A stretch of 64,000 nt of DNA from Octopus bimaculoides (lineage: Eukaryota), in NCBI RefSeq assembly GCF_001194135.2, contig NC_068990.1, positions 20,704,656-20,768,655 of the forward strand, read 5' to 3'. Each line of letters begins with the position of its first letter. The first letter of the stretch is position 1. Below, one piece after another: positions 55,690-64,000 of this stretch. The position numbers and the translations under genes are program-made. Under the pieces are notes generated by a model. That model searched no databases. It was not told where the DNA came from and saw only the letters and a list, made by a program, of their open reading frames with translations.

Positions 55690-56370
55690 CGTCAAGTATC
55701 ACTTTGAAGGCACATTTTTAGGTTTTAACGTTCTAGCTCACTTCCGCTGTTTACCGCAGTGCTTGGAAGGAAGGTATGTAGCGTGTGACCATCGCAATGA
55801 TCATGACAAATAAAGTCTAGAAAGTTGAACAGAGAATCTGCATCAAAATTTGCCAAAAGCTTGGTGATACTTGCTCAGAGGCCTATGCAAAGTTTTCAGA
55901 AAGTTTTCATCGTTCTCGACACAATGAAGGAGATTTTGAGCAACTGAAACACGAGTGATTTTTGGTTAGCTGAAAGCAGTTTTGGCACGGACTTGGCAGA
56001 CACGCGTCTCATACCGAAATCTTCGGTGACAATGGACTGAACTGAACCGTAACTAACCTGCACATCCACTGATAACTCATGAATGGGGATTCGACGATTT
56101 TCCCTCACAGACGCACGCACGTCTGGGATGCTGGTTGAGGGTCTTCCTGAACGTTCGTCAATATTGTGTGCGGCTCATACACACCTCTCCATACATTTTC
56201 TGCAACTTTGCGTAGGGTACTGAGCAGATATCGCCATGACAACTTTCCTTGTCATGGTCAATGCGACGGCCACACACTACACAGAAAGGAGCCATGACGT
56301 TAAAACTTAGTGCGCATGCACAGAAGTGTTCAAGGTTAATCTTTGGCGAGAGGCTTTATTCTGCGTGCTT
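55690..56370. mobile_element. Mariner remnant made of two inverted 5' halves
   Basis: + strand 55805-55894 encodes MTNKV*KVEQRICIKICQKLGDTCSEAYAK. The - strand from ~56250 down to 55889 encodes ...DERSGRPSTS...VRENRRI...GMRRVSAK.VPKLL...HCVENDENFLKT. Confidence 0.75.
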
Positions 56371-58659
56371 TAGCTTCGTTATTATCGCAACAGTCCGGAT
56401 ACTTATTGATCAGACCTCGTGTGTGTGTGTTTACATNNNNNNNNNNNNNNNNNNNTATATATAATTGTAAATATGAGTATGGATATGTATTTATATTTCT
56501 AGATATCCCTCTATGCATACATATATATTCGGTATAGGTGCGTGGTTTCTACCGTGAGTCGTAAACATTTATTTCAAGAAAATATCTGGTGAAAAATACC
56601 TTAAGTAAAACATCTACATACGCTATACAAGGGAGCATGGATTACGTATAGAATGCGCATAAACAAATTCAATGACGCACGTGGGCATATACACACAACT
56701 CATATGGATATATATGTGAGTATTCGTAAATACAAAAGCATATGTAAGTATGCGTGCATGGATCTATATTGGTGTCTATGGGTGTCAGCGTGAATGTTTT
56801 GTGGATGTGATATGGGATTTCACACAAGATTTACAATGTTCGTTAAATAGACTACATAAAGATATTTGGGAGATTTTTAGAAGGTAGAACATAGACGAAT
56901 ACATACAGACATACACATACACACACACAAATACACACACACAAACATACACATGTATATACATGCATATATATATATACATATATATACATATATATNN
57001 NNNNNNNNNNNNNNNNNNNNNNNNNNNNNNNNNNNNNNNNNNNNNNNNNNNNNNNNNNNNNNNNNNNNNNNNNNNNNNNNNNNNNNNNNNNNNNNNNNNN
57101 NNNNNNNNNNNNNNNNNNNNNNNNNNNNNNNNNNNNNNNNNNNNNNNNNNNNNNNNNNNNNNNNNNNNNNNNNNNNNNNNNNNNNNNNNNNNNNNNNNNN
57201 NNNNNNNNNNNNNNNNNNNNNNNNNNNNNNNNNNNNNNNNNNNNNNNNNNNNNNNNNNNNNNNNNNNNNNNNNNNNNNNNNNNNNNNNNNNNNNNNNNNN
57301 NNNNNNNNNNNNNNNNNNNNNNNNNNNNNNNNNNNNNNNNNNNNNNNNNNNNNNNNNNNNNNNNNNNNNNNNNNNNNNNNNNNNNNNNNNNNNNNNNNNN
57401 NNNNNNNNNNNNNNNNNNNNNNNNNNNNNNNNNNNNNNNNNNNNNNNNNNNNNNNNNNNNNNNNNNNNNNNNNNNNNNNNNNNNNNNNNNNNNNNNNNNN
57501 NNNNNNNNNNNNNNNNNNNNNNNNNNNNNNNNNNNNNNNNNNNNNNNNNNNNNNNNNNNNNNNNNNNNNNNNNNNNNNNNNNNNNNNNNNNNNNNNNNNN
57601 NNNNNNNNNNNNNNNNNNNNNNNNNNNNNNNNNNNNNNNNNNNNNNNNNNNNNNNNNNNNNNNNNNNNNNNNNNNNNNNNNNNNNNNNNNNNNNNNNNNN
57701 NNNNNNNNNNNNNNNNNNNNNNNNNNNNNNNNNNNNNNNNNNNNNNNNNNNNNNNNNNNNNNNNNNNNNNNNNNNNNNNNNNNNNNNNNNNNNNNNNNNN
57801 NNNNNNNNNNNNNNNNNNNNNNNNNNNNNNNNNNNNNNNNNNNNNNNNNNNNNNNNNNNNNNNNNNNNNNNNNNNNNNNNNNNNNNNNNNNNNNNNNNNN
57901 NNNATATATATATATATATATATATACATACATACATACATATATATATATATATGCATACATGCATACATATATACATAAATACATACATATATACATA
58001 TATATACACACACAATCATGTATATATGTCACATAAAACAAATGTATAGCGAGCCAAACACAGAGAGAGAAAAGGTGTGTACTTTCGTGTCTTGTATTTT
58101 TTCTCATTATGCTATATGCGAGTGTTTCTTTTTTCATTTTTCTTTGTGGCAACTATTGCTGTCTTTCTCTTTCACTCTTTATTTTGCCATATTCCAAGTC
58201 TTTGGTAAGCTAATACGGCCAGACCGGCAACCGGATTACGCCACATAATACTGACTAAGTATTCTGATGCCAAATGTATTTTCTCTATCTTGAAAAGAAA
58301 CCTTTTTTTCATTAGACACTATTCTTGGCCATACAATCGAACCATACCCTCAAGAATAAAACAAGTGAATGAGCTTTTAGGAGACTTTTTTAAGTTCCCC
58401 GTTGAGCCATTCATTGCAAGCCCATAGCATGCTTGCTAGTTCCGGTCTGCCGCCACTTTCAGTTGCTTTCTCTCATCCTTTGCGTGCATTCTTGTCAACC
58501 CCAGCATGCTAGCTTAGGTCTATTTGTGTTTCAAGCAACTATCTGAAACGAAACTAAATAGCAACCCTGGTGTGAAACAGCTTTTCAAAAAAAAAAAAAT
58601 GTATTTAACATATCATACATTTCTTTTTTGGTTTTTGCCTATCTTCACCTTTTTGTATT

Positions 58660-58731
58660 ATATCATCATCATCATCAACATCATCATCGTCGTCGTCATC
58701 ATCATCACCATCATCATCATCATGATCAATC

Positions 58732-58829
<98 letters not shown>

Positions 58830-58938
58830 TACTACTATTATTATTATTACTATCATCATCATCATCAGCATCATCATCATCATCATCATTATTATTATTA
58901 TGTTTATTATTATTGTTATTGGTATTCTTGTTATTATT
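58660..58938. repeat. (CAT)n/(ATT)n compound microsatellite
   Basis: Direct reading. Confidence 0.9.
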
Positions 58939-59417
58939 TNNNNNNNNNNNNNNNNNNNNNNNNNNNNNNNNNNNNNNNNNNNNNNNNNNNNNNNNNNNNN
59001 NNNNNNNNNNNNNNNNNNNNNNNNNNNNNNNNNNNNNNNNNNNNNNNNNNNNNNNNNNNNNNNNNNNNNNNNNNNNNNNNNNNNNNNNNNNNNNNNNNNN
59101 NNNNNNNNNNNNNNNNNNNNNNNNNNNNNNNNNNNNNNNNNNNNNNNNNNNNNNNNNNNNNNNNNNNNNNNNNNNNNNNNNNNNNNNNNNNNNNNNNNNN
59201 NNNNNNNNNNNNNNNNNNNNNNNNNNNNNNNNNNNNNNNNNNNNNNNNNNNNNNNNNNNNNNNNNNNNNNNNNNNNNNNNNNNNNNNNNNNNNNNNNNNN
59301 NNNNNNNNNNNNNNNNNNNNNNNNNNNNNNNNNNNNNNNNNNNNNNNNNNNNNNNNNNNNNNNNNNNNNNNNNNNNNNNNNNNNNNNNNNNNNNNNNNNN
59401 NNNNNNNNNNNNNNNNN

Positions 59418-59451
<34 letters not shown>

Positions 59452-60938
59452 TATAAGAGCATGTATAATACAACATATATATATTTATAGATGTATATAA
59501 GAGCATGTATAATACAACACATATATCCATACATACTACACACATGCACACAAACATGTATACATACATACATATACATATATAAATATACATATATAAA
59601 TATATATTTATATATATTCACAAACTGTATTGACAAAACTACTTTCGCACAGAGCATACACTTACCCGTATTAAGTATTGCCACAAAAACTTCAGGGGAA
59701 TCTTTAAACCTATTTTTCATTCTTCGCAGTTATTTAAATTCGAAATGATAATTTATCAAAGGATGAGTTGAAGAAAGACGTACAAAGATTCACATGTGAA
59801 CGACTGAAAGGGAATCAACATTATGTGATAGATTTATGGAAATGTATACATAGACACACACGCATTTATACTAGTATGAATATTAGCACGCACAGACACA
59901 CACACACACACACACACGTAAGTACAGATATGCGATATATGTAAGTAGAATTATAAATGAAAGAGTAAATGAAGAAGGCTTTTAAGATTGCGGAGAGAAA
60001 TGCTGTTACCCATTTTATATTTCTTGTACAAAGGTCCATCTTCAGGAGGATACAGTCAAAGAAATGTGTGCCTACGTAGATAGCCCCTGTCATATATACA
60101 TACATATATATATATATATATATACATACATATATATATACATACACATACATATATATCTATGTGTGTGCTTGTACACTTGTGTGTGTATGCGCGCATG
60201 TGAATAAATGTGTGTGCTTGTGTGCAAAATAAAGACGATACAATAAGTATTAGAATTAAAAACGGTCCTGGGGTCGATTTTAGGGATTGATCTTATAGAA
60301 ACATATTTCCTCCATTTCCTTTGCTATTATGAATTTCGTCCTTCGTTTCATCGGACATTTCATTCTAATTTTCCATTTTAGCCCTTTATTCAACAATCGC
60401 CATTTAACTTCTTTTTTAATTTACTGAAATATTTTCCTCTGTGCAATATCCGGAAGAAAATATTTTATGAAATAATTACAATGAATAAACATTTTCATCA
60501 AGAAAATCTAATAATGTTAGACATGCATTTTTTGTGCCTTCCTTATATTTTGAGCACAGTCAACTTCATCAATATTATTGGCGTCGTGTTTAGCAGGATC
60601 AAGGAATATACTGATTTGAAGTGAATTAATTCTTCTTGCCAATTACACTTAAATTCTGAATTTTCAACTTCGACAATTCAGAGTATCATTTATCAGTCAT
60701 CTTTTGAATGTTTCAGTTATTCGTGGCCATGCTGGAGCACAACCTTCGAGGGTTTAGTCGAATAAATCGAGCCCAGTACTTATTTTAGAATAAGACTGGT
60801 ACTTATACTACCGGTCTTTCTGGCGAACCCGTGTATCACAAAGATTGCAAAATAATCCAACAGCAGTTGTCAAATAATGTTAGGGAGGAACGCAAATATG
60901 AAGATGCACAATTATGCACACACGTACAATCACACACT

Positions 60939-61062
<124 letters not shown>

Positions 61063-61079
61063 TATATACAATTGATCGC

Positions 61080-61243
61080 TAGACACTAAAGATTTTTTAT
61101 TTTCTCTCTGTTTATTTTCTCGTGTTCCTTTCCGTTGAAGAGTGTAGGCTCGAAACGTAAAAGACTTTCTCACCTTCCTAATACACCTGTTTGTTGTATA
61201 CACACCTGTCTTCGTTTTTTGTTTTGTTTTTGTGAATTCCAAC

Positions 61244-61245
<2 letters not shown>
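61080..61245 (+). mobile_element. Hammerhead-like-motif repeat copy
   Basis: cttt-CCGTTGA-A-gagtgtaggctc-GAAAC-GTA-aaag, ending at (CA)n. Confidence 0.7.
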
Positions 61246-61287
<42 letters not shown>

Positions 61288-61642
61288 AGACGAACTTCCA
61301 CCCAGTTTCTGCCGTTATGCTTGTTTTTTGTTTATGTCTTATTAACTGCAATACCTACAGGAACCCTATTGTTTTATTTTAATAAGTAGGAAGAAATAAA
61401 ACGCATACCTGAAGCTAAAGTATCCAAGCATACGAACGGTTGTATAAAGTGATAAAATTAATTCGAAAACGAGATTTTAAATGACAGAGTCTTAAGGTTT
61501 TCCCTTTTTTGTGTAGTTGCTTTTGTTTTTAAAAACAATACAGATCGCGTACGCATATATACATACATGAATGCATCTATGTGTGTGTGTGTGTGTGTAA
61601 CTATATATATATATATATATGTGTGTGTGTATGTGTGTGTGT

Positions 61643-61689
<47 letters not shown>

Positions 61690-61691
<2 letters not shown>

Positions 61692-61870
61692 TTATAGAAA
61701 AACAAAAGACAAAAATAAGTGTATGAACAACAAGCAACTGTATAAGTTTGACGCTCGGGAAAATGAAAAAGTCTTTTACGTTTCGAGCCTAGACTCTTCA
61801 ACAGAAAGGAATAAGAGAAGATAAACAGCTAGAGAATGAAATAAAAATTGTAGATTTCAGCGTTCCAGCA
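61690..61870 (-). mobile_element. Hammerhead-like-motif repeat copy
   Basis: Reverse strand cttt-CTGTTGA-A-gagtctaggctc-GAAAC-GTA-aaag, ending at (CA)n on its own strand. Confidence 0.7.
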
Positions 61871-64000
61871 TGGTAAGTATATATATATGTAGATGTGTGT
61901 GTATATGTGTGTGTGTGTGTGTGAGTGTGCGAGTTTATATATGCATGCATATAAATTTTAAAACTAATATAATATTGCCCCTATAATGAATGCGCTTAAT
62001 GAAAAAATGTTTTAGATCGAAATTCAAAATCTGAATTAATGAAAGTAAACAAAGCTAATAGAAAACAGAAACAAGGTTTAAGCGTAAATGACTTTCAACT
62101 TTTTTTTACGCCATGTTTTATTTTTTCCGCCATTAACAATTAAATTCCATTTGAATCAATAAAGTTCTCTTGCCTTGAAATTAAGAAAATGGCAACATCA
62201 CATAATAACATTCTAATTAATATTGGATTCTTTTCTCCCTCTTTTCTTTATTTTTTGGTATTTTTGTATTTCGGAACGCGACAGAACTTGGATGGATTAT
62301 TGTAACATTTATCAACAGATCGATATTCAATTAATAATAACTTTTGTTTAAGAAAAATATTTTAATATGTCTTCTCTTCTTACAAACACCGTCCCATATC
62401 CCTTGCACACACATATACAGTATCACATGTGTATATTTGTATCAGTAGATATTAGAGTGTGTATACGGAACCTAATCTACACAAAATGACAGCATATGAA
62501 GTTTTCTACATACACATATCAAGTATACATTATTATATCTAAGAATATGGAACAATTTCAAACATTTGAGTTTGTGAGTGTTTATTATTGCCGTGTGTAT
62601 AAGAAAATGTAATTTACACGAAATAACAGCGTATGAATTTTTATACATACATACATACATACATACACACATACATACACACATACATACATACATACAC
62701 ACACATACATACATACACACACATACATACATACATACATACACACACACTCATACATACATGCATTCACACATACATACATTCATACATACATACATAT
62801 ATATATATACACACACATATCCTGAACACTTTATTATATCTAAGAATATTGAACATTTCCCTCATATTTCAATTTTTTATATTGATGTTTCCGATGCATT
62901 TGAGTTAGTGAGTATTTATTAACGGTGTGTATAAAGAAATTTGATTCTCACGAAATAACAGCGAATGAATATTTATACATTCGCAAACATATCGTGTAAA
63001 TTTTATTATATCTAAAAATATTGAATACTTCGTGTGTATTTTCTTCTTTTAAATTTCGATGTTTTCGAAGTATTTCAGCTAATCATAATTTATATTATGT
63101 TTCTAAAAGACTAAATTAACACAAGCCAACTAGATGGTGAAAGATAAAGTAGATATAAGATTATAAATCAATTAAAAAACCCAAATTAAATTATTATTAT
63201 TTTCTTTTTCCTGCTGTTTCTGTAATTTCACAAAATATAGAAAAAAAAATCATTATTTATTGCTAATTTTTTTTTTCACCTCAAAATCAATTTCTGTTCG
63301 AATTTTATTTTCCGCTCGTCACGGATATCAGTCATTAGATATCTGGTGTTTGGTATCATTAATTCAACGCTTGAATATCACATGTTCCCGCATTCTGTAA
63401 CGTCCTGAACTTGCAATTTTGTACCGTTGTTCATACTTAACAATATGTTCATGAAATTCGTTGCTTTTCTTTCTTATTTAGTTTATTTAATGTTTATAAG
63501 CGAAAGTAATACTGACTAAATTACATTTCAGTAATCAGCGATTCCGGAAAGTAGAAATAGTATCAAGATTAACATTTCATTAAGTGTGTACGAAAGTTGA
63601 TATCATATAAATAGATAAATATTTTTAAAATATTGATTCTGCTTACGATTGAATATTTTAATTAGCTATTGATGCGTGGAGTCCTTCAATTTCATTTCTA
63701 TTTTAACATTTCATATGGATGTCAGCAAAATGGACCATTCCAATTTAGACGGTGTCGAATTATCACCTATCTATCTATCTGATCTGGACGGATGCTAGTC
63801 GCATCGGCTCGCAAGTAAGTTGGCCTTTTATACGTCAAAAATTTTGCAGTTTTAAAATATTTTTTGTGGAAGAGGTGTATAAGTCTATACACTTCGACCC
63901 TATTGGGTTTTTGTAATAGGAAGTGGCTCCTTCTGGAGTTTATTTCCAAAAGTTTTTGATTTTTCTCCGGCTTATTTGCCATATTTCGTAAAAGAAATAT

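Overview
AT-rich, microsatellite-dense, gap-containing animal genomic DNA. The repeat families and the protease type point to an octopod cephalopod (inference). One complete protein-coding gene can be reconstructed by hand: a six-exon, 259-aa secreted S1A serine protease on the + strand (ATG 4860 to stop 11464). It has a TATA box, a signal peptide, an intact His/Asp/Ser triad and a polyA signal. Its specificity pocket (Asn189/Gly216/Ala226) and its His|IVSG activation site are atypical. The rest is mostly transposon debris: a decayed mariner, a Tigger/pogo, a Penelope-like GIY-YIG remnant, a 5'-truncated R4/Dong LINE with stacked (AAT)n-tailed elements, several MITE/foldback elements and many SINE copies. 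There is also a 134-bp 18S rRNA fragment and a recurrent hammerhead-ribozyme-like motif. Most ORFs in the supplied track are microsatellite or N-gap artefacts. I found no convincing new multi-gene system. SINE and remnant boundaries are approximate, read by eye.
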